Below, piece by piece: positions 19,719 to 28,725 of a stretch of 64,000 bases of DNA (within the stretch, counting starts at the first letter, position 1; each line of letters opens with the position of its first letter). The translations under genes and the position numbers were made by a program. Source of the stretch: a virus; IMG/VR virus record IMGVR_UViG_3300023208_000003, positions 133,100-197,099 of that record, one strand, 5' to 3'. Under the pieces are notes generated by a model that saw only the letters and a list, made by a program, of their open reading frames with translations, did no database searches and had not been told where the DNA came from.

Positions 19719-20753
19719 ATGACAAAATTGCTAATTGTAACTGATGCGTTTAGACCTCAAGTATCAGGCGTAGTTCGTACACTTGAAAAAACTATTGATG
19801 GGCTTTCTGCTCATTTTAATATTACAGTAATTCATCCAGAGATGTTTAAAACATTTCCTTGCCCAACTTATCCTGAAATTAAGTTAGCTTGGCCTGGAAT
19901 GAAACGATTAGCAACACGAATAAAGCACGCAAAACCAGATTTTATTCACATTGCAACTGAAGGTCCTTTAGGGCTTTTAGCCCGCTGTTACTGCGTTAAA
20001 AATAATCTCAGATTTACAACCGCATATCATACAAAGTTTCCTGAATATATTGAAAATAAGTTAAGTGTTCCTGCCAGCTTAACTTACAAATACTTCAAAT
20101 GGTTTCATAAACCTGCTTCTCGCGTCTTTGTCGCAACAGAATCACTTGAAAATGAATTGAAAGCTCGAGGCTTTCAAAACCAATTTTGGCGCTGGTCTCG
20201 TGGTGTCGATATTGATCTTTTTAATCCTTCACGCGATTATAAAAAAGGACCACCGTTTGCTCTTTATGTAGGTCGAGTTTCAAGTGAAAAAAATATTGAA
20301 GCTTTTTTAAATGCAAAAACAGCATTTTTAAAAATAGTTGTCGGTGATGGCCCGCAACTTGAACAGTATAAAAAGCAATATAAATGTGATAGTATAATAT
20401 TTGTTGGAGCTAAGCATTCAACAGACTTAGCTAATTTTTATGCTTCTGCTAAGGTAGTAGTTTTTCCATCAAAAACTGATACGTTTGGTTTGGTAACTCT
20501 TGAGGCTTTAGCAAGCGGAACGCCAGTGGTTGCGTTTAACGTGCCTGGTCCTGGTGATGTATTGCCAGCATACTTAAAGGGGTATCTATCAAACGTAGGA
20601 ACTCTTGTAGAAAGCGATAATGAAATAGGAGCCGCAATTAATTATTATTGTGAATATTATAAAAATGAAGTTCCTCGTCAGTATGTGCTTGACAATTTTA
20701 CGTGGGAAATAGCTACTCAGCAATTTAAAGATGGTTTAGTTTTGATGAAATGA
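19719..20753 (+). CDS. agt: GT4 glycosyltransferase, Agt-like (diacylglycerol glycosyl/glucuronosyltransferase)
   Basis: IVTDAFRPQVSGVVRTL, FPCPTYPEI, IHIATEGPLG, FTTAYHTKFPEY, TDTFGLVTLEALASG. Confidence 0.8.
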   Translation: MTKLLIVTDAFRPQVSGVVRTLEKTIDGLSAHFNITVIHPEMFKTFPCPTYPEIKLAWPGMKRLATRIKHAKPDFIHIATEGPLGLLARCYCVKNNLRFTTAYHTKFPEYIENKLSVPASLTYKYFKWFHKPASRVFVATESLENELKARGFQNQFWRWSRGVDIDLFNPSRDYKKGPPFALYVGRVSSEKNIEAFLNAKTAFLKIVVGDGPQLEQYKKQYKCDSIIFVGAKHSTDLANFYASAKVVVFPSKTDTFGLVTLEALASGTPVVAFNVPGPGDVLPAYLKGYLSNVGTLVESDNEIGAAINYYCEYYKNEVPRQYVLDNFTWEIATQQFKDGLVLMK

Positions 20754-21331
20754 ATGATAAAAAAGAGGTTATTAAGATGCTTAAATTTTTGATGATGTTA
20801 TTTCTTTCAAATCTTGCTTTTGCCAGTAGTCCTAATGTTTCAACCGCTACGTATGATATCCCTGAGTTAATGATTTTTCGTGACGATGGCGTAAAGATAA
20901 ATATCAAAGATGAAACAATGGGGTACAAACCCATTGCCATCAATTTTGTTTTTACCACGTGCGCTGGCATTTGTCCTGCGTTAAGCCGCACGTTTGTAGC
21001 AGTTCAGAAGCAATTAGGCGAGGACGCTTCGAAAGTTCATCTCATTTCATTTTCAATTGACCCTGAAAATGACACTGTTAGCGTCTTACAGGAACATATG
21101 AAAAAATTAAAGACGCAACCAGGTTGGAATTTTTACACTGGAACCTTTGATCAAATTATTCAAATTGAAAAAGCATTTCACGCTTATTTTGGTGATAAAA
21201 TGAATCACCAGCCGTTAACCATTATTCATCGACCTGGTGAAAGTACTTGGACTCGTATTGATGGTTTCGCCACAGCCAATCAAATTGTGTCAGAGTTGAG
21301 AAAAAACGATGAAGTTGTTACCATAAAATAA
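20750..21331 (+). CDS. SCO1/SenC family copper chaperone with signal peptide
   Basis: INFVFTTCAGICP (CxxxC), ISFSIDPENDT, YTGT; hydrophobic N-terminus; ATGA overlap with agt. Confidence 0.8.
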   Translation: MNDKKEVIKMLKFLMMLFLSNLAFASSPNVSTATYDIPELMIFRDDGVKINIKDETMGYKPIAINFVFTTCAGICPALSRTFVAVQKQLGEDASKVHLISFSIDPENDTVSVLQEHMKKLKTQPGWNFYTGTFDQIIQIEKAFHAYFGDKMNHQPLTIIHRPGESTWTRIDGFATANQIVSELRKNDEVVTIK

Positions 21332-21369
21332 TGAAATTCACAAAGTGCAATAATGTTTGGTACAATTAA

Positions 21370-21398
21370 TTGTACTTTTTTAAAAATTGTGCTATAAT
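21370..21398 (+). promoter_or_regulatory. Sigma70-type early promoter TTGTAC-N17-TATAAT
   Basis: Same motif recurs at 38626, 42156, 45462, 49219 and 62665. Confidence 0.7.
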
Positions 21399-21404
21399 AA
21401 GCAC

Positions 21405-21689
21405 ATGAACACTGATATGGCTGGGCCTGACGCTAGAATTGAAATCATTGACGACATTTCACTTACTCTGAGACTTCGTCATGATTTCATTTATGAAAGT
21501 CGTTTTACGCCTACTTCAGTTCACTTAGACGTTTGTAGAAATAACCAAACGGTAACACTCTATTTACAACTTATGCCTAATTATGAAATTTTAATTTCAT
21601 TTGAAGGCATTTTTTACCAAACCGTTACAACAGATGAAGCGCTTTCGTTAATTGAAATGTTGATTGAGGAACATAATGGAACTTTTTAA
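21405..21689 (+). CDS. Hypothetical protein
   Basis: ORF immediately after the early promoter. Confidence 0.55.
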   Translation: MNTDMAGPDARIEIIDDISLTLRLRHDFIYESRFTPTSVHLDVCRNNQTVTLYLQLMPNYEILISFEGIFYQTVTTDEALSLIEMLIEEHNGTF

Positions 21690-22857
21690 CAAGCTCTACA
21701 TTGCTCTCACCTCGAGCTCAATTGCGCATAACATGCGTTCTATTCGTGAAAACAGCCCGTATCATCGTGAGGAAAATGTGTGGAAGCACACGTTGATGAC
21801 ACTTGACTCATACTGCGTAAACATTGGGCCGCACCGCACCCAACGGATGGAGCTTATCACGATGACAGCTCTGCTTTTTCATGATGCTGGAAAGCCGCTG
21901 TCACGTCAAGAAAAGTACAGTGACAGCCGTGGCAACTATCAAACTTTTGGTGGTCATGAACCTGTTTCAGCTCGAGTGTTTGAAGATTTCATGATGACAA
22001 ACCCCGAACTTATGGCTGAACTTCGCTTTGACAGCAATGAGTGGCGTTTGATTAAGTGGTTGATTGAAAATCATCTTCCGTACGACATTAAGGATAACCA
22101 AAAGTGTCGCGCTTTGATAACTGATTGTCATTCACACGGTCTGGGAGCGTTGCAAATGTTCTTAGATGTTTTGCGCTCTGACGCAAGAGGCCGCATCTCT
22201 GATGATCATGAAGCGAAGCTCTCAAAGGTCGAGCAATGGATTGCCGAGTTTGTTACTTTGGAACCTTTGTCTTACAGAATAGTTGAGCAACCGCAGCCGG
22301 CAAATCATAAGATTGCTACATTTTTGATTGGTCCTTCTGGTGCTGGTAAGTCCACGTATGCCCGTCAATTGGCTACTAATGCCAAGATTTTTTCACTCGA
22401 TGAGCTTCGCTTGGAGTTTTACTTTACGTCAGGTTTTAAGACATCAAATAATTCTAAGCGTGATTACGCACTCGCTTGGAAGTATTGCACAATGGAAAAG
22501 TCAAAAGAATTTGACCAGTTTTGGAGAGCTCGTTTTATTGGATTAATGAACGCTGGTCACGATTTGGTTATTGACAACGTGAACTCGACCAGAAAGTCTC
22601 GCGCGTTCTATGTTGCAGAGCTTCGCAAGCGCAATTATTTCATTGTTTCAATGGAATTTCCGATTGCGCTTTCTACGGTAATTGAGCGTCAATTGTTGCG
22701 TGATGATAAGGAAGTACCAGTTGAGAGTGTAACGCAGCAATACTACGCTATTAGTCAGCCGCGAGTTGGAAGCGAGGTTGATGAAGCGTACGTAATATTT
22801 GATGGAAACTTTCAAAAATCTGCTGCTAAGCACTACAAAGTAGTGTACAACAGCTGA
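21676..22857 (+). CDS. HD-domain phosphoesterase plus P-loop polynucleotide kinase (HD-Pnk-like)
   Basis: H...HD (NVWKHT, LLFHDAGKP), GPSGAGKSTYA, VIDNVNSTRKSR. Confidence 0.75.
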   Translation: MELFNKLYIALTSSSIAHNMRSIRENSPYHREENVWKHTLMTLDSYCVNIGPHRTQRMELITMTALLFHDAGKPLSRQEKYSDSRGNYQTFGGHEPVSARVFEDFMMTNPELMAELRFDSNEWRLIKWLIENHLPYDIKDNQKCRALITDCHSHGLGALQMFLDVLRSDARGRISDDHEAKLSKVEQWIAEFVTLEPLSYRIVEQPQPANHKIATFLIGPSGAGKSTYARQLATNAKIFSLDELRLEFYFTSGFKTSNNSKRDYALAWKYCTMEKSKEFDQFWRARFIGLMNAGHDLVIDNVNSTRKSRAFYVAELRKRNYFIVSMEFPIALSTVIERQLLRDDKEVPVESVTQQYYAISQPRVGSEVDEAYVIFDGNFQKSAAKHYKVVYNS

Positions 22858-22888
22858 TTTCTTGTTATAATAACACTTACCCGCTGAT

Positions 22889-22922
22889 AAGGGAACCTAT
22901 TATAGGTTCCCTTCCTCTTTTG
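22889..22922 (+). terminator. Intrinsic terminator-like hairpin
   Basis: AAGGGAACCTAT / ATAGGTTCCCTT inverted repeat followed by a pyrimidine tract. Confidence 0.6.
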
Positions 22923-23000
22923 TCTAAGACTTCCCCTTGTTGATATGCCCAATTTATTTGGGCTTTTGTTGCCGTTGTCCTACAAAAACTGTTGACAGTC

Positions 23001-23008
23001 TATAAATA
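23001..23008 (+). promoter_or_regulatory. T4-type late promoter TATAAATA
   Basis: Exact consensus; other exact copies at 28020, 32172, 40493, 60515 and 61221. Confidence 0.7.
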
Positions 23009-23077
23009 ACATTGTCACCTGCCAAACAGGTGTCATTTGTACGTTTATTTGTTTATTTTGTTTAGGAGAATATTATC

Positions 23078-23974
23078 ATGGCATCAGAACGTTTTACCCG
23101 TTTAACTGGAAATTACAACAAATCTGCTAATTCCGAATCACCATACAAAAAGTTTTTTCCATTCTGGAAAATGGAAGATGACACAACTACAGTTGTTCGT
23201 TTTCTTCCTGATCGCAACGAAAGCAATCCATTAGGTTTTCTAGTAGAAAATCTTCAACATGAGCTCACCATCAACGGTGAAAGAAAGCGCGTTCCTTGTT
23301 TGTCAATGTATGGCGAAAAATGTCCTATTTGTGAACTCTCTCGTAAGTATTACAATGAGAAAAACGAAGATCTTGGTTACAAGTACTATAAGAAAAAGTC
23401 CTATATCGGACAAGTCATCGTAGTTGAATCTCCAATTGAGACTAACGATTCTGACCTAGTAAAGCTTATTGAATTTGGCCCAAAGATTTTCAAAGCAATT
23501 CAAGCTGGATTTAAATCTGGTGATCTTGAAGAAAGTCCAGATGATATGAAAGCTGGTTACAATTTTCGCATCAAGAAGACAAAGTCTGGTAAGTGGTCAG
23601 ATTACGGAACTTCAACATTTTCACCAAAGCAAACTCCTCTTGACGACTCTCTTATTGAGAGTTTAACTCGATATGATCTATCTGAATATCGTACACCGTA
23701 CATGGATTATGATACTGTTGCAAACATGCTTCTCGCTGATCAAACTGGCGCAAGTTATGAAGGCGATACAGATTCTGGTCATGAAATTCCTGATGATTCA
23801 AGTACGACATCAAGTTTAAAAACTGAAACTACAGAATCTTCTGCTCCGTCACAATTTAATGCTTCTGAATCAAATGATGATAAATTTGATTCAGCTGAAA
23901 ATAATACAAGCAAAGCTTCAGCTGTTCTTGAAAGATTAAAGAACCGCAAGGCAGCACGTCAGACAGCCGAGTAA
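23078..23974 (+). CDS. ssb: Single-stranded DNA-binding protein (gp32)
   Basis: VRFLPD, CLSMYGEKCPICE, FGPKIFK, GYNFRIKK; acidic C-terminal tail. Confidence 0.9.
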   Translation: MASERFTRLTGNYNKSANSESPYKKFFPFWKMEDDTTTVVRFLPDRNESNPLGFLVENLQHELTINGERKRVPCLSMYGEKCPICELSRKYYNEKNEDLGYKYYKKKSYIGQVIVVESPIETNDSDLVKLIEFGPKIFKAIQAGFKSGDLEESPDDMKAGYNFRIKKTKSGKWSDYGTSTFSPKQTPLDDSLIESLTRYDLSEYRTPYMDYDTVANMLLADQTGASYEGDTDSGHEIPDDSSTTSSLKTETTESSAPSQFNASESNDDKFDSAENNTSKASAVLERLKNRKAARQTAE

Positions 23975-23988
23975 AAACTTAGGAATTA

Positions 23989-24017
23989 AAAGGCAAAGCA
24001 TTTAATGCTTTGCCTTT
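23989..24017 (+). terminator. Hairpin after ssb
   Basis: AAAGGCAAAGCAT-TTA-ATGCTTTGCCTTT. Confidence 0.65.
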
Positions 24018-24027
24018 GGAGCTTGTT

Positions 24028-25095
24028 ATGTTACCATTTTTGAATAAATTTAAAAAGACGATTGATAAACTAGAAACAGTTTATACGTCATTCGGACCGC
24101 CTGATTTTTGGTATAATACCGGAAATTACGCGATTAATAAAATTATGTCTGGTTCTTTTACCAAAGGCATTCCACAAGGTAGAATTACATGTTTAGCTGG
24201 TCCATCTGGTGCCGGTAAATCATTTTTACTTTGTAACATTTTACGAGATGCTCAGAAGCAAGGAGCATTTGTTTTAGTTCTTGATTCCGAAAATGCTCTT
24301 GATGATAACTTTATGTCAGCTATCGGAATTGATACATCACCTGATAAGCTCATGTACGTTGGCGTAACGCTATTCTCTGATGTTGTTTCTGTAATTTCAG
24401 ATTTTATTCAGAGTTATGAAAAGGAATACGGCAAGGATAATCCTAACTCGCCTAAAGTTGTAATAGCACTTGATTCACTTGATATGCTTTTGACAGATTC
24501 TGAAGTTTCTCACTTTGAATCAGGCGTTCAAAAAGGCGATCAAGGACAGCGAGCCAAGCAGTCAAAGCACATGCTTAGAACTGCTGTTTCACGAATAAAG
24601 CGATTGCCGATGGCAATGATTGTTACACATCAAGTTTACGCAAACTCTGATTTGCTAAACGGTGAAGGTAATTGGATTATCAATAATGCAATTCGTTACT
24701 CTGTTTCTCAAATCCTGCTTATCACGAAGCTTAAATTAAGAGAGGCCGGCGAAGTTCTTGGTATTCGCATGAGAGTAGAATGTTTTAAATCACGCTTTGC
24801 AAAACTTGGTAGTCGAGTTGAAGTCGATGTTCCGTACACAAAGGGAATGAGTCCTTATTCTGGATTTCTTGATCTTATGGAAGCAGCTGGGATTGTAACT
24901 TCTGCAGGTGCCTGGAAAACATTAGTTATGCCTGATGAACAAATCAAGTTTCAATCAAAACAGCTAAATGAAGAGTTGGTCTCAAAAATGTTGAGTCACC
25001 CAAAAATAACCGGTGAAGAAATAGCCATAACAACACTCATAGACTCAATGTCAGAAGACCCTGAACAAGAACTACAAACGGAGGCAATCCAATGA
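24028..25095 (+). CDS. uvsX: RecA-like recombinase UvsX
   Basis: NTGNYAINKIMSG, AGPSGAGKS, LDSENALD, IALDSL. Confidence 0.92.
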   Translation: MLPFLNKFKKTIDKLETVYTSFGPPDFWYNTGNYAINKIMSGSFTKGIPQGRITCLAGPSGAGKSFLLCNILRDAQKQGAFVLVLDSENALDDNFMSAIGIDTSPDKLMYVGVTLFSDVVSVISDFIQSYEKEYGKDNPNSPKVVIALDSLDMLLTDSEVSHFESGVQKGDQGQRAKQSKHMLRTAVSRIKRLPMAMIVTHQVYANSDLLNGEGNWIINNAIRYSVSQILLITKLKLREAGEVLGIRMRVECFKSRFAKLGSRVEVDVPYTKGMSPYSGFLDLMEAAGIVTSAGAWKTLVMPDEQIKFQSKQLNEELVSKMLSHPKITGEEIAITTLIDSMSEDPEQELQTEAIQ

Positions 25096-25298
25096 AACGA
25101 AAGGACCTTGATTTTTACAATGTTGAAGTTGTAATTGAAATTGTAAACGGCGGTTTTATTTTAAACTACCCAACTTTTGAAAATGCTGGAAATGCAGATG
25201 AATTATCTAGCGTTGGACAACGTCGTGAAGTTTTTCACACCCGCGCCAAATTAAATAAAAAGTTAAAAGAAGTAGTCGATAATCTAACTGAAAAATAA
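25092..25298 (+). CDS. Hypothetical protein
   Basis: ATGA-coupled to uvsX. Confidence 0.6.
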   Translation: MKRKDLDFYNVEVVIEIVNGGFILNYPTFENAGNADELSSVGQRREVFHTRAKLNKKLKEVVDNLTEK

Positions 25299-25334
25299 TT
25301 CTAACTTGGAAGCTCGTAAAGAGCTTCATTTTAC

Positions 25335-25613
25335 GTGGAGCTTTTTATGAGCTTGCTTTTTGATACTAGTGCAATCGAAAAGTTACAAGAAACAGGAATT
25401 AAAAAATTCCGAATAGAAATTAATAATAACGATGAATTTAGTATTGTTCAAATTGATGAAGTTGAATTGCCGGATATTGCTGACGCTATTGTAGAAATTC
25501 AAGACATTTTAGTGTATATTGATTTTATAAGCTACACCATTCTCGTAGAAAGCGTTGTTAAATTCGATACTACGTTAGATACTTTTATTGTTGATTCTCA
25601 ATATGTTTCATGA
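25335..25613 (+). CDS. Hypothetical protein
   Basis: Acidic ORF filling the gap in the operon. Confidence 0.5.
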   Translation: MELFMSLLFDTSAIEKLQETGIKKFRIEINNNDEFSIVQIDEVELPDIADAIVEIQDILVYIDFISYTILVESVVKFDTTLDTFIVDSQYVS

Positions 25614-26055
25614 TATCATAAAAAATAATGAATTACTAGTTCATAAAATACTTGATTATTCAGATAAAATTGATGAGGCGGCGCCTATCTTTGATATTGA
25701 GGGTAAGCGAATTGAAACGCTACACCGTGAGTTACCTAGTAACTTAGTTCGTTATCGTCAAATAGCTGATGAGTTAAAAACTCTAGAACAATTTCTCCTT
25801 ATTAAAAAGGAAAAAGCTGAGTCTGACGCGTATCGTAAGTTTAAAGAAGGTTCAAACAGAGCCCTTCAACCATCAGATATCAAGGCCTATGTACCTGGCG
25901 ATAAGGATGTTATAAGTTGGGCTGAACTTGGACTAGAGGTTACTCTTCTTAGAAGAAAAGCTGAATCAATTGTTGCCGCTCTAGAAACTTGGAGTTGGCG
26001 AATTAGCGACATAACAAAATTAAGAATTGCAGAATTGCAAGACGTTATCCTGTGA
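25603..26055 (+). CDS. uvsY: Recombination mediator UvsY (probable)
   Basis: Helical protein, DIKAYVPGDKDV motif; lies between uvsX and uvsW. Confidence 0.7.
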   Translation: MFHDIIKNNELLVHKILDYSDKIDEAAPIFDIEGKRIETLHRELPSNLVRYRQIADELKTLEQFLLIKKEKAESDAYRKFKEGSNRALQPSDIKAYVPGDKDVISWAELGLEVTLLRRKAESIVAALETWSWRISDITKLRIAELQDVIL

Positions 26056-27455
26056 TAAAGTGTTACATTACAGTTAAAGATGAAGTTTGGTGTATTATCT
26101 CTGGGTTAAAACCGTCACACGCTGAGGTCCTCTGGGATAAGTTGGGGCCTCACAAAGATGGTTACTTTTGGAGCCCACAATATAAGCTTGGACGCTGGGA
26201 TGGTAGAATCAGATTTTTTAACAAACAAACTGGTAAAACTTACTATCGACTATTAACTACCATTGTTCCAATGTTGGCAGCTTGGGACTATGATATTGAG
26301 TTAAGAGATGAACGAAAACCAATTGAAAATATTCCAGCTTTAGTTTGTGAAAACTTCTTTGCAAATGAAAAGATAAAACTTAGACCTTATCAAGTAGAAG
26401 CTGTTAATCTTGCCATTGATGCAACCTCAGGATTTATTATTGCTGGAACTGGAGCTGGTAAATCACTTATTTGCGCTGCGCTTTGTGACACTTATGGTCG
26501 CTCAGGGTACAGAACAATAACAGTAGTTCCATCAGCTGATTTAGTACGACAAACAGCTGATTGGTATGAAATCTGCGGGCTAGATGTTGGCATTTATTGT
26601 GGTGATAAAAAAGAAATTGATCACCAGCATGTAGTGGGCACGTGGCAAGCACTTCAAAACAACCCTCATTTGTTAAGTTTTTTTCAATGTTTTGTTTGGG
26701 ACGAAGTACACGGCGCCGCCGCTAATGTAGCTCAAAAGTTAATGAATGAAAATGGAGTTCATATTCCATTTAGATATGGAGTAACTGGAACATTTCCAAA
26801 ACCTGAAGTTGATAAGCTTTCACTTTATTCTTCAATTGGAGATATTTTAACTGAAATACCAGCTAGTTGGTTAATTGAAAATGGTTATCTAGCTGAAGTT
26901 GAAATTGAGCCTGTTGAGTTAAAAGAAAACGTGGATGAGGAGTTCATTGATTACGCTTCAGAGCGAGCTTACTTAGCTAAGTCTCCAAGTAGAATAGATT
27001 TTATTGCGGATTTAATCATTGCAAAAGCTGAAACTTATGGAAACACCCTTGTGTTAGTTAGCTCAATTCAATTCGGCAAGAAACTGCAAAAGTTAATTGA
27101 CGGAAGTGTTTTCCTCTACGGCGCTTCTGAAAAAGAAGAACGAAAAGAAAATTATGATCTTTTTGAAACTGAAAATAACTTAATTGTAATTGCCACGTTT
27201 GGTATTGCGTCAACTGGCATTTCAATCAATAGGGTGTTTTGCGAAGTTATGATTGATGGCGGAAAATCATTCATTAAAGCAATACAATCAGTTGGTCGTG
27301 GAACACGACTTGCGCATGACAAGAAAAAAGTTCATGTAGTAGATTTACATAGCTCTCTTAAGTGGTCAAAAAAGCACTTTAGAGAACGTAAGAAATATTT
27401 TAAAGCAGCACAATACACACTTCTTCCTTTAGTTAATTATAAAATAAGAAACTGA
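26052..27455 (+). CDS. uvsW: SF2 helicase UvsW
   Basis: LRPYQ, AGTGAGKS, WDEVH, YGVTGT, QSVGRGTR. Confidence 0.92.
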   Translation: MIKCYITVKDEVWCIISGLKPSHAEVLWDKLGPHKDGYFWSPQYKLGRWDGRIRFFNKQTGKTYYRLLTTIVPMLAAWDYDIELRDERKPIENIPALVCENFFANEKIKLRPYQVEAVNLAIDATSGFIIAGTGAGKSLICAALCDTYGRSGYRTITVVPSADLVRQTADWYEICGLDVGIYCGDKKEIDHQHVVGTWQALQNNPHLLSFFQCFVWDEVHGAAANVAQKLMNENGVHIPFRYGVTGTFPKPEVDKLSLYSSIGDILTEIPASWLIENGYLAEVEIEPVELKENVDEEFIDYASERAYLAKSPSRIDFIADLIIAKAETYGNTLVLVSSIQFGKKLQKLIDGSVFLYGASEKEERKENYDLFETENNLIVIATFGIASTGISINRVFCEVMIDGGKSFIKAIQSVGRGTRLAHDKKKVHVVDLHSSLKWSKKHFRERKKYFKAAQYTLLPLVNYKIRN

Positions 27456-27456
27456 C

Positions 27457-27993
27457 ATGTTATGTTTTCCTGAAATAAATAAACCTTATATTATTGAATC
27501 TACAGATTCACCAATTGCTGTAAAATACTTTTGGGCATTTAGCGCAACTTTAGCTGATTTTATTCTCAAACCGTTTACATACTTTGAAGATACAATTGGC
27601 AACGCAGTTTCTGTTGAAATCAATAATTTTAATTTCATGATGCCTAGTTCTTGGCATATTTTAATTATTGATCCTGAAACTAGCATGGTTGATACTGTTC
27701 CAATTGCAAGTTGTGCTCATCAACCATCGTACGCTGTATTAATGACACCTTCACCGCATGATCAAAAGCAAAGAACAGCAAAAATTAACATTATAGATTT
27801 TCATGAAAATGAAAATATTAGCTTAGTTCATCCAATGGTTCAAAAACAGCATGCGCTCTGTCACCCAGCAGGTTTAGCAAATGCTCACTTTGATAATGTA
27901 AATAATGAAGTTCACGTCGGCGTTTCAATTGGTCCACATGATTTACATAAGTATTTGAATGGATTAACAATAGGTAATATTCTTAGCTACTAA
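27457..27993 (+). CDS. Hypothetical protein
   Basis: Intact 178-aa ORF coupled to uvsW. Confidence 0.65.
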   Translation: MLCFPEINKPYIIESTDSPIAVKYFWAFSATLADFILKPFTYFEDTIGNAVSVEINNFNFMMPSSWHILIIDPETSMVDTVPIASCAHQPSYAVLMTPSPHDQKQRTAKINIIDFHENENISLVHPMVQKQHALCHPAGLANAHFDNVNNEVHVGVSIGPHDLHKYLNGLTIGNILSY

Positions 27994-28070
27994 GCTTTAA
28001 AAATGCTGCTTTGAAGCTGTATAAATAGCCCTATCATTCCTCAAATAATACATCATGATAGGGAGCATTT

Positions 28071-28652
28071 ATGCCTTCAGAACACGACTTTTCTCCAGCC
28101 TTTGTTAAAGCTTTTAATTTTTCAATGAAATATGAAGTTGGGCCACGTTTTAACCCAACAGATCCAGATGTAATTATAGGTGCCTGTGGAACTAAAGAGC
28201 AACAACGAAAAACCGGATATGTTAATGACGCGGCTGACCGGGGCGGCGAAACAAAGTTTGGCATCGCAAAAAACTCACACCCGTCTCTTAATATAAAAAC
28301 GTTAACTTTGGAACAGGCAATGGGTGTTTATGAAAGAGGATATTGGCAAGCTGGTCACGCTGATGATTTGCCTGCTAATTTAGGTATTGTTCATTTTGAC
28401 GCGTGCGTCAACCATGGTAACGGCCGAGGCATTAAGATGCTTCAAGAAGCAATAGGCTGTAAAGCAGACGGTCTTTTTGGAAAAGGTACGTTAGCGGCTG
28501 CTCAATCGATTGATGAAAATAAAGCCATAAAAAATTACTTAGATATACGTTCTCGTTTTTTTAAAAATTTAGCTTTACGAAATCCTTCACAAAATAGATT
28601 CTTGAATGGTTGGTTATCTCGAGTTGAAAGCATACGTTCGCTGCTTTCATGA
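28071..28652 (+). CDS. GH108 lysozyme-like endolysin with peptidoglycan-binding C-terminus
   Basis: YE...VNDAADRGGETKFGI, FDACVNHG, FLNGWLSRV; late promoter at 28020. Confidence 0.85.
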   Translation: MPSEHDFSPAFVKAFNFSMKYEVGPRFNPTDPDVIIGACGTKEQQRKTGYVNDAADRGGETKFGIAKNSHPSLNIKTLTLEQAMGVYERGYWQAGHADDLPANLGIVHFDACVNHGNGRGIKMLQEAIGCKADGLFGKGTLAAAQSIDENKAIKNYLDIRSRFFKNLALRNPSQNRFLNGWLSRVESIRSLLS

Positions 28653-28725
28653 GTTGATTACAATTTCTGATATCTTTGATATAATAATGTAGTTAACCTA
28701 GGCTTTACTTAGTAAGGACATAATA

